Source: Chitinophagales bacterium (GTDB taxonomy: Bacteria; Bacteroidota; Bacteroidia; Chitinophagales; Chitinophagaceae). From it: a stretch of DNA of 64,000 nucleotides. Location: contig JAURIR010000001.1 in the NCBI GenBank assembly GCA_030832645.1, forward strand, positions 1,333-65,332, given 5' to 3'. Below are positions 27,981 to 39,968 of this stretch, piece after piece. Under the pieces are notes generated by a model that saw only the letters and a list, made by a program, of their open reading frames with translations, searched no databases and was not told where the DNA came from. Positions within the stretch are counted from its first letter, which is position 1; each line of letters begins with the position of its first letter. A program made the translations under genes and the position numbers.

Positions 27981-29003
27981 ATGAAACGTATACTCATTCT
28001 GTTTGCTCTTGCTTCATTTGTAATCAGTTGCAATCAAACTTCTCAAAAAGGAATAACCCTTGCTGAATATTTTACTAAACACGAAGCAGGAATTCAAACA
28101 GGTAACGAAAAGGTTATTCAAATTGAAAGCCTTGGAAAAAAATTCAATATCTGGACCAAGCGTTTTGGAAACAATCCCAAAACTAAAATCCTCTTACTCA
28201 ACGGCGGACCTGGTGGCACACACGAATATTTTCAGTGCTTCGAAAATTTCTTGCCACAGGAAGGTGTTGAATTTATTTATTACGATCAATTGGGATGCGG
28301 TTATTCAGATAATCCGAACGATACTGCTTATTGGGATCTACCCCGATTTGTAGAAGAAGTTGAGCAGGTGAGAGTAGCATTGGGGTTGAACAAGGATAAT
28401 TTTTATCTATTGGGACATTCCTGGGGAGGAATACTTGCCATGCAATATGCCCTCAAGTATCAGCAAAATATGAAAGCACTCATCATCTCCAATATGATGT
28501 CTAGCTGTCCCGATTACGGTAAATATGCCGACGAAGTGTTGGCTAAGCAGATGGATAAGAAAGTTTTGGATTCCATCCGTGCAATGGAAGCGAGAAATGA
28601 TTTCGCGAATCCTCAATACATGGGTTTGTTGATCCCCAATTTCTATGAACAACATATGCTGCGTAAGCCCTATGCAGAATGGCCTCCATTGGTGCAACGT
28701 GCATTTGCAGGAATGAATCAATCACTTTATGTAACGATGCAAGGTCCGAGCGAATTTGGCATTTCCGGTCGCCTCGAAAATTGGGACGTTAGTAAGGAGC
28801 TTCCAAACATCGTTATCCCAACATTGGTAGTTGGTGCAGAACACGATACCATGGATCCGAATCACATGAAATGGATGTCTACTCAAGTAAAAAATGGCAC
28901 CTATGTTTATTGTCCGAACGGTGGACATATGGCGATGTACGATGACCAGGAGAACTATTTCAATGGATTGATCGGGTTTATCAAGAAAGTAGAAAATAAA
29001 TAA
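27981..29003 (+). CDS. Proline iminopeptidase-family alpha/beta hydrolase (lipoprotein)
   Basis: Lipobox VISC; NGGPG, YDQLGCGYS, GHSWGG, GGH; start moved to ATG 27981. Confidence 0.88.
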   Translation: MKRILILFALASFVISCNQTSQKGITLAEYFTKHEAGIQTGNEKVIQIESLGKKFNIWTKRFGNNPKTKILLLNGGPGGTHEYFQCFENFLPQEGVEFIYYDQLGCGYSDNPNDTAYWDLPRFVEEVEQVRVALGLNKDNFYLLGHSWGGILAMQYALKYQQNMKALIISNMMSSCPDYGKYADEVLAKQMDKKVLDSIRAMEARNDFANPQYMGLLIPNFYEQHMLRKPYAEWPPLVQRAFAGMNQSLYVTMQGPSEFGISGRLENWDVSKELPNIVIPTLVVGAEHDTMDPNHMKWMSTQVKNGTYVYCPNGGHMAMYDDQENYFNGLIGFIKKVENK

Positions 29004-29009
29004 ATTTTT

Positions 29010-31427
29010 ATGAATAAGTTTCTGTGTGCACTCTCCTTGTTTGTTGTTTCAGTCGTTCAGGCACAACCTCTTCCTCAGCAACTGCAATTGCCCAACGGAT
29101 GGAAGATAAGTCCCGTTGGTAGGTCTTTCCAGCTTGGAGATCTTCCTTTGAATATTGCGGTGAGCAAGACATCCAACTATGCAGCGGTTACAAACAATGG
29201 TCAGAGCACACAAAGTATTCAGCTCATCGATGTGAAGTCTGAAAAAGTTTTGGATCAAGTAGAAATTGAAAAATCATGGTACGGGATCACATTTACTTCA
29301 GACGAAAAAAATATTTATGTTTCTGGTGGCCACGATAATAGAATTCTGAAATACGAAATCGTTGATCAGAAATTGAAACGTGTAGATAGTTTTCAACTCG
29401 ATCGTCCATGGCCTGTAAAAGTAGGGCCAGCAGGACTTGCACTAGACGAGGCTTCGAATACGATGTATGTGGTAACAAGGGAAGATAAGATGCTTTATGT
29501 AGTTGATCTGCTTTCCAAAAAAGTAATTCAAACATATGGATTGGATGCAGAGGCATACGACTGCAAGATTTCATCAAAGACAAAAGAATTGTTTATCTCT
29601 TGCTGGGGCTGTGACAAAATTTTAGTTTTTGATATTCAAAATAAAATATGGAAACAGCCCATAGGAGTGGGAGATAATCCAAATGAAATGTTACTGACCA
29701 ACGACTCCAAACTGCTGTACGTTTGCAATGCAAACGACAATTCTGTATCTGTAATCGACCTGGCTTCAAAATCTGTAATTGAAACATTGGATGCAGCACT
29801 CTACCCTCGCTCTCCCAGCGGCTCTACAACCAATAGTATTGCACTCGATGCAGAGGGGAAAAAGCTTTATATCGCTAACGCAGATAACAATTGTCTTGCG
29901 GTATTTGATGTTACTGTTCCGGGAAATAGTAAACCAAAAGGTTTTATCCCCGTTGGATGGTATCCGACTTCTGTACGATTTATCAAAGGGAAAATTTGGG
30001 TAGCCAACGGAAAAGGAATGACCTCGAAAGCAAATCCTTTCGGTCCATCGCCCATTCGCAACAAAGAAGATGTAATTCATCATGGATTTGAAGTAAAGGA
30101 TGGATCGCAAGTGGAATACATTGGCGGACTTTTCAAGGGAACGATGAGTATTATTGAAGTTCCAAAACAAGAATTGCTGGATCAATACACCCGACGTGTT
30201 TATGAGAACAGTCCGTACTCACCGCAAAAAACTGAAAATGCCGGAATAGCAAACGCCGGTAATCCTATTCCAATGAAAGTAGGAGATAAATCTCCCATTA
30301 AGTATGTTTTCTATGTGATCAAAGAGAACAGAACCTATGATCAGATCTTGGGCGATGTTGCAAAGGGAAACGGAGATACATCACTGGTATTGTTTGGTAA
30401 AAAGTATACTCCGAATCAGCATGCGATTGTTGATCAGTTTGTATTACTCGATAATTTTTATGTAGACGCTGAAGTAAGTGCAGATGGACACAACTGGAGC
30501 ATGGGCGCGTTGGCAAACGATTATTTAGAAAAAACCTGGCCAACTAGTTATGGCGGAAGAGGCGGTACGTATGGTGGAGAAGGCGAAAGAGAAGTTGCTA
30601 ATAACAAAGCAGGATTTATTTGGAATAACTGCAATAGATACGGTGTCTCTTTTAGAACCTACGGCGAATTCATGTCTGCTAGTAAACCAACGATTTCGGT
30701 TTTGAAAGATCACTACTGTGCCAGCTTTCCGGAATACAATTTGAACATTGCAGATACTACTCGATTTAGATTTTGGAAAAAAGATTTTGATTCTCTTCTT
30801 GCAATTGGAAAATTACCGCAGTTCAATACTATTCGCTTTGGCAACGACCACACAGAAGGTGTTAGATTGGGCAGGCCTACTCCCTATGCCCATGTGGCAG
30901 ACAATGATCTTGCCGTTGGAATGTTTATAGAAGCACTTTCTAAAAGTTCCATTTGGAACCAGACAGCTGTTTTCATTTTAGAAGACGATGCACAGAATGG
31001 AGCCGATCATGTGGATGCTCACCGTAGTACTGCTTATGTGGCCGGCGGATTTGTAAAACGAGGAGTTGTCGATCATACTCCCTACACCACTTCCTCTATG
31101 TTGAGAACGATGGAATTGATATTGGGTATGGGCCCAATGACGCAATACGATGCAGCAGCCACTCCTATGTGGAGATGCTTCGATAATACCGCAAAACCTT
31201 TTGAGTTTAAAGCTATCCTACCAGATGTCGACATGAATAAGCGAAATACTGCTATAAATGAATGGCAGAAGAGATCCGAAAAATTCAATTTCGCCAAAGA
31301 GGATGCCAACAACGATATTGAATTCAATAAAGTTTTGTGGCATGCCATCAAAGGAAATGTTCCTTTTCCTGGTCCAAAGCGCGCAGCATTTTTAAAATTG
31401 AAAGAGGAAGATGGAGACGATGACTAA
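29010..31427 (+). CDS. YVTN/YncE beta-propeller fused to a phosphoesterase (alkaline phosphatase superfamily) domain
   Basis: Repeats like LYVCNANDNSVSVID and IPVGWYP; KENRTYD, SADGHNW, EDDAQNGADHVDAHRS. Confidence 0.87.
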   Translation: MNKFLCALSLFVVSVVQAQPLPQQLQLPNGWKISPVGRSFQLGDLPLNIAVSKTSNYAAVTNNGQSTQSIQLIDVKSEKVLDQVEIEKSWYGITFTSDEKNIYVSGGHDNRILKYEIVDQKLKRVDSFQLDRPWPVKVGPAGLALDEASNTMYVVTREDKMLYVVDLLSKKVIQTYGLDAEAYDCKISSKTKELFISCWGCDKILVFDIQNKIWKQPIGVGDNPNEMLLTNDSKLLYVCNANDNSVSVIDLASKSVIETLDAALYPRSPSGSTTNSIALDAEGKKLYIANADNNCLAVFDVTVPGNSKPKGFIPVGWYPTSVRFIKGKIWVANGKGMTSKANPFGPSPIRNKEDVIHHGFEVKDGSQVEYIGGLFKGTMSIIEVPKQELLDQYTRRVYENSPYSPQKTENAGIANAGNPIPMKVGDKSPIKYVFYVIKENRTYDQILGDVAKGNGDTSLVLFGKKYTPNQHAIVDQFVLLDNFYVDAEVSADGHNWSMGALANDYLEKTWPTSYGGRGGTYGGEGEREVANNKAGFIWNNCNRYGVSFRTYGEFMSASKPTISVLKDHYCASFPEYNLNIADTTRFRFWKKDFDSLLAIGKLPQFNTIRFGNDHTEGVRLGRPTPYAHVADNDLAVGMFIEALSKSSIWNQTAVFILEDDAQNGADHVDAHRSTAYVAGGFVKRGVVDHTPYTTSSMLRTMELILGMGPMTQYDAAATPMWRCFDNTAKPFEFKAILPDVDMNKRNTAINEWQKRSEKFNFAKEDANNDIEFNKVLWHAIKGNVPFPGPKRAAFLKLKEEDGDDD

Positions 31428-31455
31428 AGGTTAACTTTGTGGGAGCGAACATCCG

Positions 31456-32511
31456 ATGAGAAAATTGTATCGTCTTTTATGGAGTCTTCCTTTACTTGGA
31501 ATCAGTTGGTTGCTGATTGACCAATATGTTTTGTGCCCCACTATTCAGTTTCCGGTAACAGAACCTTTCAAAGGGCAACGTATTTACAATCCTTATTTAT
31601 CAATTGATTCTGCCGATATAGAGGTGGCTAATTTTCATGCGCATACCAAATCATGGGGTGGATTGACCAATGGTCATGGCGATGCCAGGGATGTTTGGAG
31701 AAGATACGATAGCATGGGGTATGGATTTTATGGTGTTTCTCAGTATCATCATATCGATAGCTTTGGTCAGCATCTTTCGAATTATGTTCCGGTATATGAG
31801 CATGGCGTAAATGTTAAAAAGACCCATCAATTGGTGTTGGGTGCAAAATCGGTTGTATGGAAGGATTATATTTTTCCTCAAACCATTGATAACAAACAGC
31901 AGATCATCAATAAAATAGCTGAAGACCCCAATGTATTGATTGTATTGAATCATCCGGGAATGAAAAACGGGTACGACACATCCGACCTCAAGAAATTATA
32001 CAACTATGATTTTGTGGAAATTTTAAATCCCCAAGCTCAATCTTTTTCTCAATGGGATGCTGCTCTTTCATCTGGGCACCCTGTTTTTGGTTTGGCAGAC
32101 GATGATGTACACAATGTATTTAACAACGACATCATTGGTCGTTATTACACTATTGTCTATGGAACCGGTAGAAACCGATCTGGATTATTTCATTCGTTGA
32201 AACAGGGTGCAAGCATCGCAGTATGGGTTCCTGAATTCAAGGGTGAAAATCTACTTCAGAAAAAAAACAGAATGCAAGCCAATAAGCAGTTGCTGAAAAC
32301 CGTTACTGTTCAAGGGGATAGCATTTCTGTTGTTTTTTCAAAAGAAATCGAGCGTATAAGTTTAGTGGGTCAAAACGGCAAACTATTAAACACATTCAAA
32401 CAAGTGAGTAGTGTGTCTTATACATTTTCACCACAGGATACCTACCTCCGTATTGAGGCCCTAACCAAAGACGGCACTCGTTTTTATTTGAATCCTTTTT
32501 TCAGGTATTAA
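31456..32511 (+). CDS. Membrane-anchored PHP-like phosphoesterase domain protein
   Basis: N-terminal TM; NFHAHT, YEHG, NHP, EILN, DDDVH ligand pattern; TAACTTTG at 31432-31439. Confidence 0.7.
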   Translation: MRKLYRLLWSLPLLGISWLLIDQYVLCPTIQFPVTEPFKGQRIYNPYLSIDSADIEVANFHAHTKSWGGLTNGHGDARDVWRRYDSMGYGFYGVSQYHHIDSFGQHLSNYVPVYEHGVNVKKTHQLVLGAKSVVWKDYIFPQTIDNKQQIINKIAEDPNVLIVLNHPGMKNGYDTSDLKKLYNYDFVEILNPQAQSFSQWDAALSSGHPVFGLADDDVHNVFNNDIIGRYYTIVYGTGRNRSGLFHSLKQGASIAVWVPEFKGENLLQKKNRMQANKQLLKTVTVQGDSISVVFSKEIERISLVGQNGKLLNTFKQVSSVSYTFSPQDTYLRIEALTKDGTRFYLNPFFRY

Positions 32512-32565
32512 AAGACTGTTTCCCTTCCTGAAATTCCTATCTTAGTAACCTTAAAATTTTTAGAT

Positions 32566-35500
32566 ATGAAGGTATCTTTTTCGCATCGCATGCAGCTGCT
32601 TTTTTTATGTATGATCTGTTTTTCTTTTTCTGCTTTAGCACAAAAAAAGACAGTCGCTAAACCTGTAGTTGCAGAAACAAGCAATGTAAATCTTGATGAA
32701 TATTTTAAACCAGTGTATTGGAGAAATATCGGGCCTACTCGTGGGGGTCGCTCCGTAACTTCTTCTGGTGTTAAGGGTAATACGCTTGTATATTATATGG
32801 GAACAACAGGCGGCGGTGTCTGGAAAACCGAAGACGCGGGACAAACCTGGAAAAACATTTCTGATGGATATTTCAAAACAGGTTCTGTTGGTGCAGTGGC
32901 AGTAGCAGAATCGGATCCAAACGTTGTATACGTTGGAATGGGTGAGCATGCACCAAGAGGAGTTATGACTTCTTACGGCGACGGTGTGTATCGATCTACG
33001 GATGCAGGTAAAACTTGGAAGCATCTTGGATTGGAATTGACGCGTCATATTTCAAATGTTCGCATCCATCCAACAAATCCTGATGTTGTGTACGTTGCTG
33101 CACAAGGTGCATTGCACGGGCCTTCAAAAGAAAGAGGAATTTATAAATCGGATGACGGAGGTAAAACCTGGAAGAATATTTTATTTGTTGATGAAAATAC
33201 CGGTTGTGTAGATTTAAGCATGGACATGAACAATCCCAGAATTCTTTATGCTGCCATGTGGGATCATCGTCGTTTGCCATGGGCAGTTCAAAGCGGTGGA
33301 AAGGGAAGTGGATTGTATAAAAGTACAGATGGAGGAGAAACATGGGTGAAAATTCAAAATGGATTACCGAATGAATTGGGTAAAATGTCTATTTCTGTTT
33401 CCCGTGCAAATTCAAATAAAGTATATGCACTTGTAGAAAGTGATACTGAAAAAGAACAGGGAGCATTGTTTTCTTCGAACGACGGTGGAGAAACATGGAA
33501 AAAAGCCAGCAAAGATCATCGCCTGGTATCCAGAGCATGGTATTATATTGAAGTGTTTGCAGATCCTCAAAATGAGAATACAGTATATGTGTTAAGTGCC
33601 GCAGGTTTAAAATCTACCGATGGTGGAAATACCTGGACCAATCTTTCCGGTACACATGGAGATTATCATCAACTGTGGATCAATCCTAGCAATAACCAAA
33701 ATATGGTCATCTCCAATGATGGAGGCGCAGCAGTAACTTTCAATGGAGGGAAGGTTTGGACTTCACAGAACAATCAACCAACTGCACAGTTTTATCGCAT
33801 CAGTGTAGACAATATGTTCCCTTACAATATTTATGCAGGGCAGCAGGATAATTCCTCTGTTAAAATTGCCAGCAGAAATACACAGGGCGGAAGCATTGGC
33901 GATCGCCAATGGTCATCCTCTGCGGGTGGTGAGTCTGCATTTTTAGGATTCGATCCAAACAACCCTCGTTATGTGATGGGCGGAAGTTATCAGGGTACCA
34001 TTGAACTGTTGGACTCTGAAACAGGAGAGGGTGCAGGTGTAATGGTATACCCAATGCAATACCAAGCTATGCAGCCCAAAGACATGACCTATCGTTTCAA
34101 TTGGAATGCACCCATTACGTATTCAAAGCATGAGAAAAATGTTTTCTATCATGCTGGAAACAGACTGTTTAGAACAAGAGATATGGGTAAATCATGGGAA
34201 GTGATTTCGCCGGATCTTACCACACACGATACAACCAAGATGGGCATCAGCGGATTCCCTTATACCAACGAAGGTGCAGGCGGCGAAAACTATTGTACCA
34301 TTTCTTATGTAATGGAGTCCGATAAAGAAAAAGGAGTTATTTACACAGGAAGCGATGATGGATTGGTTTACGTAACAAAGGACGATGGTAAAAATTGGAT
34401 CAACATCACACCAAAAGATTTGGGCGAATGTTTGATCAATGCAATTGAAGTTTCTCCTCATGATCCTGCTACTGTGTACATTGCAGCAACAAAATATAAA
34501 TTCAATGATTTTACACCCTTTGCTTTTAAATCAACAGATTATGGTAAAACATGGACTAAAATCGTAACCGGAATTCCATACGGAGCATGTGTGAGAGTTG
34601 TAAGAGAAGACAACGTGCGTAAAGATTTATTGTATGCAGGAACCGAAACGGGGTTGTACGTTTCTTTTGATGGCGGTAACTCTTGGAGTAATTTTCAAAG
34701 AAATTTACCGGTCACTCCCATTACCGACTTAAAAATTCACCAGAATAATTTGATTGCATCAACTCAAGGCAGAGCATTTTGGATTTTGGATGAATTACAG
34801 CCTATTAGAGGATTTGATGCTAAATCATCATTCAAACTATTGCCTTTGAATGAAACTGTAAGAGTATCTGGCTATAGTATATTCGATACCAACGACGACG
34901 ATACTACTAGATACCCCGTAACAACAGGTGCCAATCCAGCAACTGGTGCAGTGATTTATTATCAGCTTCCTGAAAATTCTTTCAAGCATGTGAGTCTCGA
35001 AATCAAAGATGCCAATGGAAACCTTGTACGTAGTTTCAGCAGTAAACCTGTTGAAGTACCCTCTACTAATAATAGTCTAAAGGGTGAGCCTGTATTGAGT
35101 GTTAAAAAAGGACTCAACAGATTTGTATGGAATTTAAGAAGGCCGAATATGCCGACCATCGACAACGTATATATTGAAGGAAATTATAGCGGGGGAAAAA
35201 TTGTACCTGGTACCTACACGGTGGTAATAAAAGCAGATTCGCTGGAACAAACTACCTCACTTAAATTAGTGGCAGATCCGAGGTTGAAATTTAGCCAAGC
35301 AGAATATGTTGCTCAAGACAATTTACTTAAGAAGCTTGAAAAGGATATGGTTGACATTCATGTTGCAGTGAATCGAATGAATGCCCTTTCAAAACAAATT
35401 GCATCACTGAATAAATTGGTCGAAGCAGATCCATCAAAAGCATCCTTGGTACAAAAAGGAAAATCTGTCATTGAAAAAATAAAACTGTGGGAGTCTAAAC

Positions 35501-35760
35501 TCATTCAACCCAAGGCACAATCCTATGACGACATTATCAATTTTGTAAACAAGCTCAGCGCTAACATCATTTTTGTACACGGAGAGTTAAGTGGAACTGT
35601 ACCATATCTCACAGTCGGTCAGGAAAAACGATACGCTGATTTGCATGCAGATTGGGTGAATTATGAGAATGAAATGAAAACATTGTTGAATACGGATGTT
35701 GCAGCGTACAATCAGCTGTGCAGATCTCTTGGAGTAGACAACGTGTTATTGCCCCAATAA
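32566..35760 (+). CDS. VPS10/sortilin-like BNR-repeat putative glycosyl hydrolase
   Basis: Signal peptide; [12 protein letters not shown]; about 11 Asp-box repeats (SxDGGxTW-like); [21 protein letters not shown]. Confidence 0.87.
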   Translation: MKVSFSHRMQLLFLCMICFSFSALAQKKTVAKPVVAETSNVNLDEYFKPVYWRNIGPTRGGRSVTSSGVKGNTLVYYMGTTGGGVWKTEDAGQTWKNISDGYFKTGSVGAVAVAESDPNVVYVGMGEHAPRGVMTSYGDGVYRSTDAGKTWKHLGLELTRHISNVRIHPTNPDVVYVAAQGALHGPSKERGIYKSDDGGKTWKNILFVDENTGCVDLSMDMNNPRILYAAMWDHRRLPWAVQSGGKGSGLYKSTDGGETWVKIQNGLPNELGKMSISVSRANSNKVYALVESDTEKEQGALFSSNDGGETWKKASKDHRLVSRAWYYIEVFADPQNENTVYVLSAAGLKSTDGGNTWTNLSGTHGDYHQLWINPSNNQNMVISNDGGAAVTFNGGKVWTSQNNQPTAQFYRISVDNMFPYNIYAGQQDNSSVKIASRNTQGGSIGDRQWSSSAGGESAFLGFDPNNPRYVMGGSYQGTIELLDSETGEGAGVMVYPMQYQAMQPKDMTYRFNWNAPITYSKHEKNVFYHAGNRLFRTRDMGKSWEVISPDLTTHDTTKMGISGFPYTNEGAGGENYCTISYVMESDKEKGVIYTGSDDGLVYVTKDDGKNWINITPKDLGECLINAIEVSPHDPATVYIAATKYKFNDFTPFAFKSTDYGKTWTKIVTGIPYGACVRVVREDNVRKDLLYAGTETGLYVSFDGGNSWSNFQRNLPVTPITDLKIHQNNLIASTQGRAFWILDELQPIRGFDAKSSFKLLPLNETVRVSGYSIFDTNDDDTTRYPVTTGANPATGAVIYYQLPENSFKHVSLEIKDANGNLVRSFSSKPVEVPSTNNSLKGEPVLSVKKGLNRFVWNLRRPNMPTIDNVYIEGNYSGGKIVPGTYTVVIKADSLEQTTSLKLVADPRLKFSQAEYVAQDNLLKKLEKDMVDIHVAVNRMNALSKQIASLNKLVEADPSKASLVQKGKSVIEKIKLWESKLIQPKAQSYDDIINFVNKLSANIIFVHGELSGTVPYLTVGQEKRYADLHADWVNYENEMKTLLNTDVAAYNQLCRSLGVDNVLLPQ

Positions 35761-35799
35761 ACGAATAAAATCTTATATTCATGGTACACCTCGATTGCC

Positions 35800-37257
35800 A
35801 TGATGAAAAAGATTATTCTGCTTTTATTGATTGGAATTTCATTTGTTTCATTCCATTCAAAAACATTAGATAAAAGTCCCCTGCCCAATATCATTCTTAT
35901 TTATATGGATGATATGGGGTACGGGGATTTGTCTTGTTATGGAGGGTTGACTATTCAAACACCCCATCTGGATCGCTTGGCAGCTGATGGCATTCGTTTC
36001 ACTAGTTTTTTAACAACGCAGGCTGTATGCTCTGCCTCCAGAGCTTCCCTGTTAACTGGTTGCTATGCCAACAGGGTTGGTATTTCTGGCGCGTTGTGGC
36101 CGAAAGCAGGTGTCGGCTTATCTACCGACGAAACAACGATTGCCGAGTTACTCAAACAAAAAAAATATGCTACGGCAGCATTTGGCAAATGGCACCTGGG
36201 CGATACAAAAGGATATTTACCCACCAGCCATGGCTTCGATGAGTATTTTGGAATTCCTTATTCAAATGATATGTGGCCAGTATGGTACGATGGAACTCCT
36301 GCAAAAGAAGGCACCAATAAGTCGAACTATCCTCCACTGCCCCTGATAGAAGGAGATGAAAAAATTTCTACTGTCAATAATTTGGAGGAGCAAGCGCTGC
36401 TCACAGAAACCCTCACCAATAAAGCCATTCGTTTTATTGAGAAAAATAAGTCCAATCCATTTTTTGTTTATTTGGCACATCCCATGCCCCATGTTCCTAT
36501 CAATGCCAGCAAATCTTTTAGGGGCAAAAGTAAACAGGGATTGTATGGGGATGTTATCCAAGAGGTAGATGCAAACGTGGGAAGAATACTGGAAAAGGTA
36601 TCAGAACTTGGACTTGATAAAAACACGTTGATTATTTTTTCCAGCGATAATGGTCCGTGGTTGAATTTTGGCAACCATGCCGGAAGTGCAGGTGGATTTA
36701 GAGAAGGAAAGGGAACCAGTTTTGAGGGTGGGCATCGTGTTCCTTGCATCATGCGATGGAAAGGAACAATTCCATCAGGCATCGTAGCCAATCAGCTTGC
36801 ATCCACAATAGATATATTTCCAACCATTGCATCAATCACTCAAACCACGCTTCCATCAAAAAAAATTGATGGAGTAGATTTAACGTCGTTGATCAAAGGG
36901 GATCTATCATCTTCTCCCAGGAAAACATTTTATTATTATTATCGAAAAAATTCATTGGAGGCCGTTCGTAAAGATCATTGGAAATTGGTTTTTGAACATC
37001 CCTCGAGATCCTATGTTGGACAAGCACCGGGCAAAGATGGATTCCCGGGATTATCTCCAGAGGATGTGATGATGCCCAAGGCTTTGTATGATTTGAGAAG
37101 AGATCCAGGTGAGGTTTACGATGTTCAGCAGTATTATCCTGACATTGTAAAAATGTTAGAGTTGATTGCAGAAGAGGCACGAAATGATTTAGGCGATGAT
37201 CTTCAAAAAAGAAAAGGGATGAACGTGCGTGAACCAGCCACAATTGTATACCGATAA
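35800..37257 (+). CDS. Arylsulfatase (S1 family, Cys-type)
   Basis: PNIILIYMDDMGYGD, CSASRASLLTG, GKWHLG, SSDNG, EGGHRVP, LYDL..DPGE. Confidence 0.92.
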   Translation: MMKKIILLLLIGISFVSFHSKTLDKSPLPNIILIYMDDMGYGDLSCYGGLTIQTPHLDRLAADGIRFTSFLTTQAVCSASRASLLTGCYANRVGISGALWPKAGVGLSTDETTIAELLKQKKYATAAFGKWHLGDTKGYLPTSHGFDEYFGIPYSNDMWPVWYDGTPAKEGTNKSNYPPLPLIEGDEKISTVNNLEEQALLTETLTNKAIRFIEKNKSNPFFVYLAHPMPHVPINASKSFRGKSKQGLYGDVIQEVDANVGRILEKVSELGLDKNTLIIFSSDNGPWLNFGNHAGSAGGFREGKGTSFEGGHRVPCIMRWKGTIPSGIVANQLASTIDIFPTIASITQTTLPSKKIDGVDLTSLIKGDLSSSPRKTFYYYYRKNSLEAVRKDHWKLVFEHPSRSYVGQAPGKDGFPGLSPEDVMMPKALYDLRRDPGEVYDVQQYYPDIVKMLELIAEEARNDLGDDLQKRKGMNVREPATIVYR

Positions 37258-37271
37258 ATTCAAACAGCTAT

Positions 37272-39968
37272 ATGAAAAAAGTTATTTTAAGTATTGCATT
37301 GGTTTGTATCCATGCATGCATGTTTGCGCAACTATCTGTCGAACAACTGTTGTGTGAACAAATGAGTCAGCCTATTGGGCTGGACACGAAGAAGCCCAGG
37401 CTTACATGGAAGATAAAATCTTCATTGCCCTCCACTATGCAATCTGCGTATGAGGTAGTAGTGAAAAAGGGTAAACAAAAAGTATGGAGTACGGGTAAAG
37501 TAAATTCAGATCAATCTGTTTATTTGGAATACAATGGACAGCCGTTGGAGCCTGATACGAAATACGATTGGCAGGTGCGTGTTTGGGACAATCATGGAAA
37601 TGTTTCGCCCTGGTCGGCTACTGCTCGTTTTCATACAGCATTTTTTGATACAACAGCTTGGAGGGCCAAGTGGATTAGTATAGGATTTGAAGAAGATAAA
37701 AAAAATCGCCCGGCACAATACTTCAGGAATACGATTGAAGTAAAAAAAGATATTGCACAGGCAACAGCTTATGTAACATCACAAGGAATGTACGAAGCAA
37801 CTATCAATGGGAAAAAAATAGGCGATGCGTATCTAACACCAGGGTGGACGAGCTACAAGAAAAGATTACAATATCAGGTGTACGACGTTTCCACTATGTT
37901 AACGAAAGGGAAGAATACCCTCGCAGCTATTTTGGGTAACGGTTGGTTCAGAGGTACGCTTGGTTGGACCAACAATGTTGATATCTATGGAAAAGACTTG
38001 GCGTTATTAATGCAAGTAAATATTGTTTATGCTGATGGAACAAAAGATTCTTTCATTACCGACGGAAATTGGAAATCATCTTATGGTTCCATTCAAACCA
38101 ATGAAATATATCACGGAGAAGAAATTGATGCCCGTAAAGAGCAGCCGGGGTGGAATCTTCCAGGATTTGATGATAGCAAGTGGAGCACGGTAAAAATAAT
38201 GAATAGTGGGTTTGCTCAATTGATCGCAACAGAAAATGAAACCATCACTCAACACGAAAGTATTCATCCAGTTAAAATATTTACCACGCCCAAGGGGGAA
38301 AAAGTAATGGATTTTGGACAGAATTTGGTTGGATGGGTGCAGGTGAAAGCCACTGGAAAAACTGGAGATGCTGTTGTTATAAAGCACGCTGAAGTATTGG
38401 ATAAGTTTGGCAATTTTTATATTGATAACATGCGCTCCGCAAAAACTACAGCTACCTATATTCTTGCTGGAAAAGGTGTAGAAGAGTTTCAACCACATTT
38501 TACTTTTTTTGGATTCAGGTATATTAAGGTAGAGGGATATCCTGGCGAGTTAAAGCCTGAAAATTTTACTGCTATCGTACTTCATTCGAATATGCAGCCA
38601 ACGGGAACATTCTCCAGCTCAGATACTTTGGTGAATCAATTGCAGCATAATATTCAATGGGGACAAAAAGGGAACTTCTTGGATGTGCCAACTGATTGTC
38701 CACAGCGAGACGAGCGATTAGGTTGGACAGGCGATGCACAAGTATTCTCCAGAACTGCAGCATTTAATTTTAATGTCCATAATTTTTTTAACAAATGGCT
38801 GAAAGATATCGAAGCCGATCAGTTAGACAACGGCAGTGTTCCTTTTGTAATTCCAAATGTTCTGGGACAAGGTGCAGCAGGATCAACCGGTTGGTCGGAT
38901 GTTTCAACAATTATTCCCTGGAACATGTACTTGGTGTATGGAGATAAAAAAGTACTGGAGCAACAATATGCTTCCATGAAGGCATGGGTAGGGTATATGG
39001 AAAAAAATGCACAGAACGATTTGTGGAACAAAGGATTTCATTTTGGCGACTGGTTGTTTTATAGACCTTTCGACGATAATGATGGAAGAGCTGCTGTTAC
39101 GGATAAATACATGATTGCACAATGTTTTTATGCCCACTCCCTTCAACTCATGATCAATACCGCATCAGCACTTGGTAAAAAAGAAGACATTATTTTTTAT
39201 ACGAGTCGTTTGAACCGTGTAAAAGAGGCGTATGTGAAAGAGTACATGACCTCAACAGGTAGGTTGGTTTCTGGAACACAAACTGCCTATGTGTTGGCAT
39301 TACAATTTGATATGCTTCCAGAAAATTTACGCGGGGCAGCAGTGGAACGTTTAGTAGAGAATATAAAATCGTACAGTACACATTTGTCTACAGGATTTTT
39401 AGGAACTCCTTATTTGTGCGAGGTGCTTACACGATTTGGGAAAGTAGATATTGCCTATCAACTGCTCATGCAGAAAACATTTCCATCTTGGCTGTATCCT
39501 GTTAAAATGGGGGCAACTACTATTTGGGAAAGATGGGGCGGAATGCATCCCGACAGTACATTTGAGCCTGCCAGCATGAATTCATTCAATCACTATGCTT
39601 ATGGTGCAATTGGTGATTGGATGTACCGCAGGGTTGTAGGAATAGACAATGAGGAGAACAGTATCGGATATAAAAAAATTCGTGTGAAACCTTATGTGAT
39701 TGATTCTTTGAAGAATGCAAGTGCATCACTCGAAACATATTATGGCAAGGTTAGTAATTCCTGGAAGACAGAAAATGCCAGTATTCAAATGGAAACCGTT
39801 ATTCCAGTAAATACTACTGCGGTTATTTATTTTCCTTCAAGTGGAAACATACGCATCAACAGCAAAGAAAACCCGGCGGATGCTGGGATTCGATTCCTTC
39901 GAAAAGAGAACGAATACCACGTATACGAGGTTGGATCAGGTGTGTATCGATTTGAAGGAAATCGTTAA
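37272..39968 (+). CDS. Alpha-L-rhamnosidase (GH78)
   Basis: DFGQNLVG, PTDCPQRDERLGWTGDAQ, FGDW, GATTIWERW, SFNHYAYGA. Confidence 0.93.
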   Translation: MKKVILSIALVCIHACMFAQLSVEQLLCEQMSQPIGLDTKKPRLTWKIKSSLPSTMQSAYEVVVKKGKQKVWSTGKVNSDQSVYLEYNGQPLEPDTKYDWQVRVWDNHGNVSPWSATARFHTAFFDTTAWRAKWISIGFEEDKKNRPAQYFRNTIEVKKDIAQATAYVTSQGMYEATINGKKIGDAYLTPGWTSYKKRLQYQVYDVSTMLTKGKNTLAAILGNGWFRGTLGWTNNVDIYGKDLALLMQVNIVYADGTKDSFITDGNWKSSYGSIQTNEIYHGEEIDARKEQPGWNLPGFDDSKWSTVKIMNSGFAQLIATENETITQHESIHPVKIFTTPKGEKVMDFGQNLVGWVQVKATGKTGDAVVIKHAEVLDKFGNFYIDNMRSAKTTATYILAGKGVEEFQPHFTFFGFRYIKVEGYPGELKPENFTAIVLHSNMQPTGTFSSSDTLVNQLQHNIQWGQKGNFLDVPTDCPQRDERLGWTGDAQVFSRTAAFNFNVHNFFNKWLKDIEADQLDNGSVPFVIPNVLGQGAAGSTGWSDVSTIIPWNMYLVYGDKKVLEQQYASMKAWVGYMEKNAQNDLWNKGFHFGDWLFYRPFDDNDGRAAVTDKYMIAQCFYAHSLQLMINTASALGKKEDIIFYTSRLNRVKEAYVKEYMTSTGRLVSGTQTAYVLALQFDMLPENLRGAAVERLVENIKSYSTHLSTGFLGTPYLCEVLTRFGKVDIAYQLLMQKTFPSWLYPVKMGATTIWERWGGMHPDSTFEPASMNSFNHYAYGAIGDWMYRRVVGIDNEENSIGYKKIRVKPYVIDSLKNASASLETYYGKVSNSWKTENASIQMETVIPVNTTAVIYFPSSGNIRINSKENPADAGIRFLRKENEYHVYEVGSGVYRFEGNR

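Noticed and set aside
32566-35760. Repeats in the VPS10-like gene as a DNA repeat array or CRISPR
   Set aside because: They are degenerate protein-level Asp-box repeats; no repeat-spacer structure or cas genes were seen in the window
26260-39968. Genomic island integrated at tRNA-Pro or tRNA-Ser
   Set aside because: No integrase, no duplicated tRNA 3' end seen, and no obvious composition shift by eye
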